Shown here: piece after piece, positions 1 to 12,847 of the stretch
How positions within the stretch are numbered: position 1 is the first letter of the stretch
Layout of the letters: each line of letters starts with the position of its first letter
Source: Lama glama
Lineage: Eukaryota
DNA length: 64,000 nt
Direction: 5' to 3'
NCBI GenBank assembly: GCA_028534125.1
Contig: CM052817.1
Span: forward strand, 62,498,001-62,562,000
Notes under the pieces: generated by a model
What the model was told of the DNA's origin: nothing
The model's database searches: none
Seen by the model: the letters and a program-made list of their open reading frames with translations, nothing else
Position numbers and translations under genes: made by a program

Positions 1-245
1 TTTGATTTGCATTTCCCTGATAATTAACAATATTGGGCATCTTTTCATGTGCCTGTTGGCCATCTGCATTTCCTCTTTGGAAAAGTGTCTATTAAGTTCT
101 TCTGCCCATTTTTAAATCAGATTGTTTGTTTTTTTGATGTTGAGTTGTATAAGTTGTTTATATCTGTTGGATATCAATCTCTCATAGGTCATATCATTCG
201 CAAATATTTTCTCCCATTCAGTAGGTTGCCTTTTCATTTTGTCTT
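1..245 (-). mobile_element. LINE-1 ORF2 C-terminal fragment (runs off window start)
   Basis: Minus-strand translation MKRQPTEWEKIFAN...LISNRYKQLIQLNIKKTNNLI is the well-known L1 ORF2p C-terminal segment. Confidence 0.93.
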
Positions 246-279
246 TTTCTTTGTCAACTATCACTTCTAACTGAAGCTC

Positions 280-1210
280 CACATAAAGAAGAAATAGAAG
301 AAAACTACTTAAAATTTTTCTAACAAAAACTAAGAGCAAATATATTAAATTGTAAAATGCCGAAATTACTTCTGTTAAAATTAAGAATAAGACAGTAATA
401 TCCTTATGACTAATATTGTTCATCATTGTAGTGAAGGTCTTATTTAACAGAAAAATAAAAATTAAATAAATTGTATAAATATTGGACAGAGAATATAATT
501 TTATTCCAAATTATATAGTTACTAGATTCCACCAAGACTCTACTAAAATATTTTAGAATTAGGATAAATCTGTTTCCTTTATAAAAAATACATGTATTTT
601 TATATACACAAAGATCAGTAGCTATTTTCTATACTAGCATTAATCACTCAGATATAGAAACAGAAATGATTTTCATTCACAATAGTTTTTAAAAGTATTT
701 GGATTAAGTGAACTATAAAATCATAGAAATTATAAATTCCTATAGCAGGAATTAAGTAGAATTTCCACAATGGAGAGGTAGAACATATCTCTAGAAAGGT
801 AATGTCTTAAAGTTGTGAAAACTTCATAAATTGTTATAGAGTTAATATAATTCCGATCAGTATTCTGGTGGTATATTTCAGACTTGAACATCTAAGTTGC
901 TGTAATAACCAAGAATAATTAGAAAATGTATAGTGGCAGTGATTTACAAAATACTATTACTTACTATATAGGTACTCTATTACAAATAGTATATTGGGAC
1001 AAAATAACTTCCATTAGTAGAGTCAACACTGTGGGAACTTAGGGCATTATTTTGATTTGATGGGAGTGAATGATTTCTGGTTACAACAGTGTCAGACTTC
1101 ATGTCTACAATAAAGACATAAAGAAATACATAAAATATAACAAGAGGAAACTAAGAAGACATAGTTCTGCTCAAAACTAAATAAATATCTCTATTAGAAA
1201 CTGGAAAAAA
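280..1210 (+). mobile_element. Old, highly decayed L1M (L1ME-like) ORF2 fragment
   Basis: A-rich. 350-445 resembles DNA for ..[25 protein letters not shown] and 610-650 (aagatcagtagctattttctatactagc) resembles KSVAFLYTN; many stops and indels. Confidence 0.7.
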
Positions 1211-1212
1211 AA

Positions 1213-1765
1213 TTCCTGTTTATCAATATGGCAGCTGGAAGAGGAGGTGGGAAGTCTCTGATGGGAGCACCTGTTGCTTTGTGCAGGAGAAGCTTCTGCC
1301 ATACTATCCACCACAGTGTGTGTGCTAGTTCTTATTAAGATACCTCTGTAGGCACAGGGATCCAGAGGGACTGTAGAGTCAACATCCTCAGGTGCATCCT
1401 GCCAGATGTGTCCATTCCTATTTCCAGGATTTCCTAGCAGGACAGAGACCTGCTTTGGTTGAGATTTCATCTGCGGAGCTTTGAAGCTCTCAAAATTAGA
1501 CCGTCAGGCCACCTTTCATTATGTCCACCTTTCGACTAAGGTGATGAAGGTCTCTTTATAAGCTACCACGTGGGCTTTCTGCTTTTCAAACTTAACAGTT
1601 AACTGCTAGTTAGGAACTCTCATTGTCTCCTTTTCCTTGTAGAGCATCAACACAACCTAGTGGTAACTGGCCAACTCTACTGTCTTGGTCAGCATTGTTC
1701 TCACTATATTTTCCTGCCTAGACAGCATTCTCTTGTTTTGATAGACAGGATCAAATCCCATCTCA
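1213..1765 (-). mobile_element. ERV-L gag N-terminal segment, inverted relative to the rest of the element
   Basis: Minus ORF 1177..1470 SQPKQVSVLLGNPGNRNGHIWQDAPEDVDS aligns with recalled ERV-L Gag AQPRQVS..GKEWDPATWNGDVWEDPDE. 1500-1600 on minus encodes an ..AYKETFI.. coiled-coil-like part. The homologous segment lies on + at 57140-57400. Confidence 0.8.
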
Positions 1766-4220
1766 ACACAACTGGTGACATGTTGGCATTGATAAAGGAG
1801 AAAAGAGACTATACATCTGTAGAATTATAATTACTAGCTTGCAGGTACCAACAGGAGCCAGGAAAGTACTCTGAAACTGGATGTTAAGAGTACTTGATTA
1901 AAAGACTTGATAGAATGATAGTCTGGAAAGCAAAATTCATTGATTTGGAGACACTTTCTCTGACAGGGGATTTAACACCCTGACAAAAACTTCAAGGGAC
2001 AGGTTAAATTCACTGCTGGGTGGCTCTTGGAAACCTGGAATAAGTAATGGCCAACTCTCAGTGAAATAGTGGTGCCTAAGTTTCTCTAGCAGAGCCTAAA
2101 GGGAGGAAAATAAAGGCTGAGGAAAGTAAGTGGTAATGCTTACTTATTAGGTTCAGCCAGTTATACTAGATGAAGCCAGAAGAGCCCCTAGAGGAGTGTG
2201 CTCCATGAGAGGACCCATCAAGAATGTGGTGATGAGTTGGGGCACCCCACCAACATCATTAAGAAGTTCATTGGTGGCTGTTCTCTATAGGCCAGGCATG
2301 AGGGTAGGAGAGGCATTCATACAACTGAGCTCATGAACGTCTTTGGGGATGAAGGACCCTGCAGAAGTCACAGAGGCCGAATGGCAGTGCTTAATCACTA
2401 GAATCTAGGATCCTGCAGTTACCATAATATGGGCAAGGTAGGAGGAGAAGACAGTAGAGATTGCCCTTTTGGAAGGTCAATAAGAAGTTGTAGGAAGTTT
2501 TAGAGGTGGATAATAGAGCATGGGATCCTTGGAAGTAAAACAGATGGGCGACCAAAAGGGGTTAAATTGCTGCTTAAAATCTGTAACATCAAAATGAATT
2601 AAGAATGTTGAAGCAGGATAATAAAAATGGTCAACCAAAGAAAAAGTCACTATCCTTTGCTCAGTTCCAAGATCTGAGCCAATTTACAGAACCAAGATCC
2701 ACTGGTTGAAGAGACGGCTACTTCTCTAGGAGGAGGGACCCTGAAACACCATGACAAATATATATTGTCATGATTCATCCAGTCCTTCCAAAAGGAGCCA
2801 TTTACTCAGGCTACTGTACATTGCAAACAGGAAATAACCAGACATTTGGAAGACTATTGGACATAGGGTCTGGGTTGACACTGATACTTTAAGACCCAAA
2901 CCTCATCATAGTCTCCTTGTCATTGCGGGGAGCTTTAGCAGTCAGGTAATAAGGGGGTCCTGGCTAAAGTCTGGCCCCCAGTGGGCCTACCTGCCCCAGA
3001 CACATTGGATGATCAATCTCCCAGTCACTGTTTGCATAATTGGCAGTTGAAACAACTCCTACATTGGGTCTTTCATCTGTAGAATAAGAACTAACAGTGG
3101 TGAAGGCCAAGTGGAAGCTTCTGAAAAGTACCCTCCTCTGCTTGCCCGACACTCAGGATAGTAAATCAAAACTGATACCACATCCCTGGAGAAATAGTGG
3201 AGATTGGTGCCACTGTTAAAGACATCAAACATGTAGGGGGTGGTGGATGTTACCATATCTGTTTAATTCTGGCTTCTGAAGAAATCAAAGGTATCCTAGA
3301 GAATGACTACAGACCACATCTCAGGTAGAGCAAGGTCGCAGCCCCAATCACAGCTGCTGTGTTGGACATGGTATTACTACTAGAATAAATTAATAAAACC
3401 TCAGTCATTCTGTTTCATTCCAATTAGAAAGGAGGTTTAGGAACAGTTTGCTTTCACATGGGCATAGAAAAATATTCCTTAAAATTTTACGTCAGGTTAG
3501 CTTCCCTGCCTTCTGTCATTGTATGATACAGTGAGATCTGAATGATCTGGACATCTTGTAGAACAGCATTCTTATCCATTACCTTGACAATGTGATGCTG
3601 ATTGAAAAGGATAAGTAAGAAGTGGCTACCATACTGGAAACATTAGTGAGATACATGTGCTGCAGATGGCTGGATGTAAATCCTACAAAGATTCAGTAAC
3701 GGGCCGATTCAGTGACATTTTTAGGGGTCAAGTGGTCAGGGGCATATGGGATATCTCCTCCAAGGTAACAAATGGCTGCATCTTGCATTCCTGACCACAG
3801 AGAAAGCAGAGCATTGTTTGGTAGCCATTTGGGGATCTCGAGGCAACACTTTCCAGACCTATAAACCTATAAACCAGGTGTCACAGACGGCTGCCAACTT
3901 TGAGTCAGGCCTGGAGCAGGAGAGCATAGTGTAGTAAATCCAGGTTAGGTACAATAAGTCCTACTGCTTGAACCTTATCTTCTGTCTAGTGGACTCTATG
4001 GGGTTGGAGGTGTCAATGGGAGGACTTGACCCAGTATGCAGTTTATGACAAATTCTAGGGAGAAAATCATTATGCAGTTTCCTAAGGAATCAGAAACAAG
4101 GCCATGCCATCAACAAGAGAGGATTACACTTTCTTTGAGAAACAAAAGCCTGTTGTCTAATCCTGGCAGAGATGAAATTCTTGACACCAGGGTAAGTTAC
4201 CATATGCCTAGATCCACTCA
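1766..4220 (+). mobile_element. Decayed ERV-L (class III; ERV3-16A3/ERVL-E-like) internal region: gag capsid, protease, reverse transcriptase
   Basis: Gag-like DYT..WMLRVLD..FIDL..WLLETW..WPTLSE at 1800-2070; protease FGRLLDIGSGLTLI at 2845-2886; KAKWK..IVNQ..IPGEIVEIGATVKD at 3100-3230; RT motif LIHYLDNVMLI at 3571-3603; ORF 3746..3934 WLHLAFLTT..AANFESGLEQE matches the ERV-L RT thumb. Many stops and frameshifts. Confidence 0.92.
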
Positions 4221-4312
4221 TTTTGTTTTTATTATTTATTTTTTTATTGACGCACAAATTCCAATGTTGTGTTAATTTCTGGTGTACAGCATAGTGAGAT
4301 ACATATATATAT
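4221..4312 (-). mobile_element. Short L1 3' end fragment
   Basis: T-rich tail then caatgttgtgttaatttctggtgtacagcatagtga, the same motif as the L1 3' end at 9838-9870. Confidence 0.75.
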
Positions 4313-6638
4313 TGAATTCATTCTCTGGCTGAGCAGTGGTTTACTAAAGTGTGAGAGTAAGGAGCAGAAGAGGCTGAGTAGACCTGGAAGGGTCCTACCT
4401 AAAAGCACTTAAGCTTTAAGGTTTTAGTAGCACTTAGCCGGCCAATTAAAACAAGTCCAGTGGGTAAATCTAGTTAGTGGACTATTGGTTTGTAACCTCT
4501 GAGTGGTGTAAAGTAAAAAGTGATTTCTCATGGTAATAACCTGCGAGATGATGAGATTTCCAGTGAATAATAAGGGCAACTGATGACATACAGAGAACAC
4601 AATTAACCAGCATTGACTGAAATCTTACAGCCAAGGTCTGACAAAAGGCTGAATCAAGTTTGCCTTAGCCTCAAGGAATTTAGACAAGAAGACAAAACAT
4701 GTGCCTAAGAAATAGAATAAGAATAACTGCAGTATTTTACATAATTAAATGCAAGGTAAAACAAGATAGGTTCAAAATATATGTGCCAGAGTTGCCTGAT
4801 TCAGGCATTGATTAGAGAATTGGACACCTTAAGGCTGGAAAACAAATGTTTGTTCTGTATGCTTCACAAAGTCTGAACCAGAGGCTGAGGAATAATTATA
4901 ACAACTCTTAATTATTTTCAGCTAGGCTTGGGAGAGCACCAATCAAAACAGAAATTTTAGATACATCTTAGGTATTAGGGGGAAAAAATGGCACCTCTGC
5001 CTCTCAGAACACTGTTTTTTTCACTATCAGAAACTGAGCACATGATGTCCAGCCACCTCTCTGCAGGATAAGCCAGTGGTGTTTTGGGAACCATTCTCTG
5101 AAGTGTAAACTTTGGTTTAAAATGCTTATAAATGTCATATAAAAAGGCAAGCTACCCAGTGCAATTTCGGCTAAAATTCTCCCTAAAAGTCGGAGATGAC
5201 TCATTGTCCACTTGCTAACAATGCATCTTTGTAAAAAACCAACCAAACAAACAAAAAAAACACTTTAAAATAAAGTGAAGCTATAAAGAGAAAAGTAAAT
5301 AATTAGTTTAAAAAAACTACAAAGAAATTTACCTGATTTAATAGTACTTGAGCAATACTTATTTTTTAATAAGTTGAGAGTTTTGTTTTTATTTTCCAGA
5401 TTGCAAACTCAGGAAAAGAAAAAAAATGAATAAAAAGATATCTGCAAGGTGCTCATTCAAATATGAGAAAATATAACAAAAGTAAGTTAGTGTGACTATT
5501 AAGAGAGTAAATAATAGATCTAAAAAGTTCTTATGGATACAGAACATCAATGAAGGGAGATTCTTGTTTGCACAAGTGCCTCCAAAATAAGGCATGAAAA
5601 ATGAAACATCCTTTTGTACTTTAAAATGTATGACAAATGCTGATTAAATTCACCCTGAGAGCACATCAATTTGCAAAGAGAATTATAAATGTACGTGCCA
5701 CTGGGTGCTCTCTGCAAGCGGAGTATATGTGGTAGGGGGTGGGGAGGGAGGGTATCTATTTAAATACTGTGTTAGCACTGGCACATTTAGAACGAGAACA
5801 AAACTGGATGAAAATTGGAATAACATTGGCCTTCTGGAGGGTTAGGGAGGCTGTCTCTGCAGCAGGTTGGCAATTTGTCACATCAGCTCCTTCATGAACT
5901 ATCAACCTCATTACCATGGTTCACTGCACAGCTGGCCCTTGGGAGTCTAATACTAATAGCGTTTGGAGGGTGATGAGGCTTGTGGTCTCAACTACTTCAT
6001 TATTGATTCACTTAAAAATATCCACCTACATATTCGAATAAAACAGGTAATCCATTAGAGAGGGAGAAACACTAAAACACATCTACAATCAATGGAAGTA
6101 GGGGGAACAAAAAACAAAAAAGGGATATAGGTAGTAATAACATTGTAAAAGCAAGTCTTCTTGGAAAGATAGAGGGTGAATAATTTTGTGTGACAGCTAC
6201 CATTTGTTTATTCTGTTGTGTGGGGCCATGTATCAACCAGTAACAGCTATAACTGTACATTAAGTAGGGCTACTAAACGAAATAGATCTCGGGAATATAT
6301 TTAAGATGCTGCAAAGACACAAAGAGCAAGGGTGTTTGAAGGGCAACCATTTAACCAACAAAAAAAATATAGTGAGACTCTTTTCAAAGACTTTAGTCAG
6401 AAAAGAGAAGAATGGTTCATAGGGAACATATGGAAATATATTGATACATTAGTAAATATTAAACAATTTCTTTTTGTGCAAATTCCCCAAAATAAAACAT
6501 TTACTAGAGATCCATCTATGCAGGAAAAACAAAAAAACAATAACTGACCTGTTAATAGTGACCATCCGGTCACTTAAGATTCTCTTCTTATCCAGCAGCA
6601 ATGGATTTTTACTACATTGATTGCTTTAAGCTTTGAAA

Positions 6639-6669
6639 GTGTGTGTGTGTGTATAGATATATGTGTGTG

Positions 6670-6702
<33 letters not shown>
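6639..6702. repeat. Compound (TG)n/(TA)n microsatellite
   Basis: Directly visible dinucleotide runs. Confidence 0.95.
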
Positions 6703-6832
6703 TATAATGCTAGGTTTCCTCAGTGTTTTGTATTTATTGATTGATTGAAAAAGCAAAAAATATATAAGCAACAACACTTGTCAGAAAGGTTGATATACAC
6801 AAACGTATTTCAAGTACTTGCAGACTTTAGAT

Positions 6833-7000
6833 AGTACTGTTCAACACAGCAGCACAAACTTCATGAGGTTAACTTAACTTTATTAAAGTTAAATAAAATT
6901 TAAAATTCAGTTTCTCAGCTACTCAAGCCACATCAAATAGTCAATATATGTGATGTGTGGCAACTCTGTCACATAGCACAAACATAGAACAGTTCCATCA
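6833..7000 (-). mobile_element. MER3-like hAT-Charlie element
   Basis: ttaaataaaatttaaaattcagtttctcagctactcaagccacat...atagaacagttccatca matches the reverse of the recalled MER3 consensus. Confidence 0.75.
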
Positions 7001-8429
7001 ATAAAGCCTCAAATAATATATCTTAAAACAAATTCAAAGTAGATTAGAATACACAGAAAATTAAATTTTTCATAAAGTTACATTTTTTCTGGCATCAGTC
7101 ACTCAATGTATTTTCGACACCATCATCTAAAAATATTTTGCATTTAACACATATATTTAAACTGCTCTTGGTGAACATTTGTAAAATGACTAAAATATGG
7201 TTCTCAGATTTGATCATGCAAATGTCCTTTTTCACATGGAAATGTGGATTGAGGCAGCTAAAAATTTTGATAGAAGTAGGGAATCTTTTGTTATAATTGC
7301 AATTATAAATAGTTTTATTACCACTCATAACAAATGTGACTAAATAAGGCAGGGTGGAATTTCTAGCTATAAAGTGCCAGCTGCTGAAAATCATTAGACT
7401 TTCAATACTTTAAGGTACACATAACACACAAAAAAAATTTGAAAATGTTTAAAAGCAGAGCCATCCTAAATTTGAAAGTCAATTAAAATGTGTTTTAGCA
7501 CAGAGCTTTATAACATGTTCCTGTTTCTAAGGTCATTTCTTGGAAGAACAAACTAGTGAGCTAAAGTGTGAATGAGGCCCCCACACCAGGATGTGAAGCT
7601 AATCTTTTCTGATATTCTTAAAGATTTCTGTAACTTTTCTTTTCCATAGGCTTTTTGTCATGTGGCGTGTGTATGCATGTGTGCATACACATGTGTTTTA
7701 AGATAAGGCATACCCATATTTCAGGCACAAAAAGAATAGAAGTTTTGAAACAATGTGAAACGTGGTTCAGCATAGCTGGAGGCTACCTGAAATCTTAGGA
7801 GGATTTCGATAAAAATATTTCTAGCTCAGTTTGACAGAATTCCAAAGATGGAAATTGCATCAGAACTTTTGAACCTGAGGCTTTGTTTCCTCTGACTGCC
7901 GGGTTTGGGGCTGCAATAGACTTAAAGAAAAAGTATTCACCACATCCAAAATAGCTTGTTTTTGTATGTCACATTTTTTCTCATTCTTAATCACTGCTGT
8001 TTGTGATTTCTTGGAATCTCTTTTCCTTGATAATTCCTTAGGTTGAAATATCTTTCCTTTACTAACATCACTGCTGAAAGAGATCTAGAAGGCCTGCTGC
8101 ATGTGGTTACTGTTTCATAGTGTTCCATTTCCTCTATTGTTCCCCATTTCTTTGGTAAATAATAGTCTTTAGATTAGCATTTATGATTTTCCTTAATCTT
8201 TGTCCAAGTTCACAATTCTCCCTTATTAATCGTCTCCTTCAGTCAGACTAATCTAATCATTGTTTCTTTTAAGTCCTGAATTCTTCATACCGCTTTCCCA
8301 TTAGAGGGACTGTCTGGAATGTTCTCCCCTCTAAAAATAACACATCATCCTTAAAAATCCCATAAAATTTCCATGACCCATTATCATTGTAATTAACACT
8401 CCTTTCTGTGTTCTCAAAGACTGCAAAAC

Positions 8430-8645
8430 ACAACGTTTAAGGAGATTACAGGTCAGACTGCCCACACTCTTCACCAGTCTGGGCTAATCATTAGCTATAT
8501 GACAGGCAAGTATTTCAGTCTCTTCAGGGCATCAGATTCATTAACAACGTAATTTCAAACTCTAAGGATAATTGTGAAGAATTATTAATAATCATGTCAA
8601 ACTCAATGACCACATTATGAACACTCAAAAAATATTAACTATTAT
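8430..8645 (+). mobile_element. MIR SINE, flanked by L2 remnants (~8300-8420 and ~8690-8800)
   Basis: tcagactg...ttagctatatgacaggcaagtatttcagtctcttc core and cactcaaaaaatattaactattat tail. Confidence 0.65.
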
Positions 8646-9099
8646 GGCTGTTTAGCATCTTGTCACAGGCTCCCTGTGACAGTTCTCTTTCCTAACCAAT
8701 TGGAATGGAAACTACTTGAAAGCAACAGTTTTTTATTATTAGTGAGATCATTTCTTTCCTCATAATATCTAGTGCAATAATGGGTACCTTTTAGCTACTA
8801 ACAGCTGTCATATCCAGTGAGTATGTTTTAAAGTATATTGTATATTTAAAAACTTTTAATTATGGAGCTCTAAAACAAGGTACATAAGGAAAATATAATC
8901 ACTTCCAAATGTCAAAAGATTACTTCTTATTCATGTGGTAGCAAATCAGAGCTTGAGAAGTAATTTTAAAACTTTAAGAACAATAGTAGTAAAAATGTCT
9001 AAAAGTTAAGTTCAAGACTCATTTTTATAATAAGAAAAAGTAGCAATGTTTGTAGTTGCTATAATTAAACACTATGAAGCAGAAGTAGTGGTATAACTT

Positions 9100-9285
9100 T
9101 GTTAAAGGAGACAGAATTTTAACTATTTATAGACAATATGATTTTCTATTTGACATTCTCAAAGAACAGAGTTAATAAAAGAGTTTAATAAAGTGGCTAG
9201 ATACTAGATAAATATTCATAACCCAATAATTTTCACATGTAACAGCAGTAACCAATTAGAAAATACAATGGGAGAAAACAGTCAA
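9100..9285 (+). mobile_element. Old L1M ORF2 RT fragment
   Basis: ctatttatagacaatatgattttctat resembles LFADDMILY; gagtttaataaagtggctagatactagataaatatt resembles EFSKVAGYKINI. Confidence 0.75.
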
Positions 9286-9744
9286 AAATAATGCATCTGT
9301 TATGCATCAGAAGTTATTTCAATCTACTGAAATTGTGATGTTCTACTTTCTATCACAAAAAATAGAAATTTACCAAAAATATCGTGAGTATATTTTATTC
9401 TGTTAATATAAAATAATAGTGGTTAAAAAGGAAGGTAGAGTTAATATTGATCATTCAAAGAAGAAAGAGTTGATTTTGTAACTTCTGCATTGTAGTCATT
9501 CTCTAAAGCATGATTCTCCAAAAGGCTCAGAGTAATCCAATATATAACAGGGATAGTAAACTTTGTTTAAACTAATTAAAAATTCAAAACTTTATGTAAT
9601 ATCTCTCTGCACACATTATTATATCCGTACATTTTGAATATTGTTACTTCTTTACATGCATTTACCTCCCATATCTGTAATACTAGCAATGAACTTTTTC
9701 TCTTCACAAAAACAAAATAAGCTTTTGTGCTATTATTTATTTCT

Positions 9745-10350
9745 ATGTCCAATTCCACCTTCTATACTCTTTCTGTGATGCTGAAGCTGGGTCTTTTCAA
9801 ATTCTTCTCTTTTTTTAGCTGAAATACAGTCAGTTTACAATGTTGTGTCAGTTTCTGGTGCACAGCATAATGTTTCAGTCATACATATACATACATATAT
9901 TCATTTCATATTATTTTTAATTATAGGTTACTATAAGATATTGAATATAATTCCCTGTGTTGTACAGTGTAAACTTGTTTATTTTATATATAGTAGTTCA
10001 TATCTGCAAATCTTGAGCTCCCAGGTTATCCCTTCCCACCCCCTTCTCCCTTTGTAACCGTAAGTTTGCTTTTTCTGTCTGTGAGTCTGTTTCTGTTTTC
10101 TACAAATTCTTCTTCCTGGACTCCTAATTAGGTAGTGGGTAGGAAGCACAGGCTATAGATTGAGGGTGGGAAGGTTCTTTCTTCATAGTCCAGCTTCTGT
10201 CATTGGCTCTTCTGCAGCAAAGGACAGCTATGATACAAACCTCTAATGTCTTTGGCATGCCCAGCCATGACCACTCAGACATACTAGCACCAGCTGGCTG
10301 CACCCACCTTGACAACTCAAGTGCTGATTGCACTACACCCCATTTGTGTT
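9745..10350 (+). mobile_element. Old ERVL-type solo LTR (LTR33/LTR41-like), interrupted by a younger L1 3' end
   Basis: ccaccttctatactctttctgtgatgctgaagctggg start motif; LTR-like sequence resumes after the L1 TSD at 10113. Confidence 0.5.
9809..10102 (-). mobile_element. Young 5'-truncated L1 3'UTR insertion with 11-bp TSD
   Basis: T-tail, then tacagtcagtttacaatgttgtgtcagtttctggtgcacagcat...ataggttactataagatattgaatata. Direct repeat caaattcttct at 9798-9808 and 10103-10113. Confidence 0.9.
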
Positions 10351-12001
10351 TAATAACATCTCTCAGAAAAATTACAAACTACTTTAGTCCATGGGCTTCA
10401 GTGATCACTTGGATAATAATAGAGCTGTTGAAATTGCAAGTATCTATTGTATTCCAAAGATGTTTGAATTATGAGTGCTATGTTTCCTTCCACATTTAGG
10501 AAACAAATATAATACATTTAACTAATATTTCTTATAGATTCTTGTATTATCAAATAAAAATAATTCAATTAACAACTGTAATATGTAACCAGAAATACAT
10601 TTCTACCAAGGTTTTAAAATGTAAATGTCTTTGAACTGAATCTGAAAAATTAGGAACAGTAAATAATCACGTACATACCATCACTTACATATTTCTAAGC
10701 AGAGAAGAGACTTGTGAATCCCCACACACTTTCAGCTGTATGTCAGCTTTGTTTTTTAAGACCCAACTTTATCTCTTTTATATTTTCTATTTCACCTAAG
10801 ACTAGAGACCTCATCCATCTTTCTGTCATTCATCTTATTCCTTGCCTAATTTATCTTAAACCCTTATCCTCCCAACTATTCATGTATCCTTTCTCTCTTC
10901 ACAGAATTGCTGATAATGATAAATGATTCAAAGTAACTTGAAAATATTTTATATATTGTACCTCTCCTATTTACATACAAAAGATGAAATTGCTTCTCAA
11001 CCCATAAGAACATTTTTACTAAAATAAAACTGATTTGAAGATGTTTTGTCTTTGATTGAGGTAGATGATAAGGGTTTAATAATTCAGAATAGCAGATAAT
11101 TTCCCAAAATATGTATATTTTGGCCTGTGAGTGAACTTTCTATTTATCTTAAAATGTGAATGTATGTGTTGTTCTGCTAATATATAATCTTTCAAAAATA
11201 AAAAGAATAAAAACAATAGTGTGAAAAATCAATTTAGAAGGAAATGGAAAGTTATCTCTATCTTACTTAACCCAGTTCTATCTTTTCCCTCCATCATGCA
11301 GGTGGAGAAATGATGTTACATTCATAACCTGGAAGATTCATAGTAGCATTTGCCTTTTCCCTGTATTTCCTTGGGGAGTGGAGAATTTACTGAGGCAAAA
11401 GGCAAAATGGAAAAGATAAAATAGCAGTCTCTTTAATTCTTCCTATTTTGTGCCTTTTTTTGAATAGAGACCCTCCCTTAGAATAAGACCATTCTTTTGT
11501 TAAAGAAAGCAAAAAAAATGTTTTTGAGAGTTTAAGATTGTGCTTGGAATTCTGAATTTAAAATAGATCATCTATTTATATACAATTGAGAAATTGCTAG
11601 AATTTCAATCTTGTTTCATTTCAGAGTGGTCAAAACCAATTGGGGTGAATACATAATAACGAAGAACAGTTTTGATAGTGATGTATAAGATTGTCTTTAC
11701 CACACTGAAATGTTAAAACATAATATGACTTTTAGAGGTCTCTAATATTAGTTTTTCTCTGTGTTTCAAGCTTATGGATGTTCCCAATGAATAGTCTATT
11801 GTTTAGCTACACAAAGGGGACCGTTCCATTTGACCCCTGAGGTGATCAGTTGGAGCCTCAAGTGGGAGAGTTCATTACCTGAAGCTTGACATGAATAATA
11901 ATGAATGCCATTAGTCATCATAAAATTTTCCAACAGCTTTCAAAATTCTAGCCACAATATTTGATTCAGTGACCTCTTGTGACAATCAACCCCACAGGCT
12001 A

Positions 12002-12030
12002 ACTGTGTACTGTGTACTGTGTACTGTGTA
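12002..12030. repeat. Perfect 7-bp tandem repeat (ACTGTGT)x4
   Basis: actgtgt actgtgt actgtgt actgtgt a, read directly. Confidence 0.95.
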
Positions 12031-12379
12031 ATGAAGGATATTTTTTTTCATTTATTCCATATGAATATACCACTAATTTCACATGCATTTGAGAACAATA
12101 TACGCATAATACAAACTGTTAGAACTATCCAGGTATCTTCTGGATATACAGTCTTGATGGAATATAAAATAGTATTGTTGTATCCTGAAACATTTTTTAA
12201 TAGGAAAATTATTTTATTACCTATGGGCTGGGATCAAGTTTCCTTAGCGTTCAAAAGAGACCTTACATAGACACTATATATATATTACAGTAAGACTCCA
12301 TTTTATGATTTACAAATTGGTATAAAGTTATAAGTGTTATCATTTTCACAAAATATGAGCAAAAGTTTTGCAACCAAGA

Positions 12380-12847
12380 CATGATAGCATTGACTACATT
12401 TGACAAGTGTTCTGTCTTTTCCTCTCCTACTGTAGAGTGTACTTCCCTGTTCCACTGATGTTGGGCTTGGCCACATGACTTGCTTTGGCCAATGGGGGGA
12501 TTGGCAAAGGTGACACAAGCATCATTCTCCAATGTGCTTGTCTGGTATGGCTTGGTTGTTATGCTCCAGAGATCTACCATAAGAAGAGCAGGCACTAGGG
12601 AACCACTGCCCTTCATTTAAGACTCCGACAAGCACATGTGGAACTGAGCTGAAATGAACTGCAGTTGAGCCAAACTGAACTGAGCTTCAGCCTAAACCAA
12701 AGCTACCCAACCTACCCTGTCTAGATGGGTTAGATTGCTATCAAACTGCAAAGCCCTAAACATGAGAATTTGTTGTTTGTTGTAAGCCACTGAGTTTTGG
12801 GGTGATTTGTTATACAGCATTATTGAAGCAAAAAACTGACAGATAAA
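12380..12847 (+). mobile_element. MaLR solo LTR (MLT1H/I/J-like)
   Basis: gggcttggccacatgacttgctttggccaatgg and 3' end ttgtaagccactgagttttggggtgatttgttatacagca are MLT1 hallmarks. Confidence 0.88.

Noticed and set aside
1766..4220. Possible domesticated ERV-L gag/pol (Fv1-like) gene
   Set aside because: No long ORF; many stops and frameshifts; RT YxDD reads YLDN.
5700..5950. G-rich tract plus TATA-like ctatttaaata as a promoter
   Set aside because: No CpG island, convincing downstream exon or ORF; motif evidence alone is too weak.
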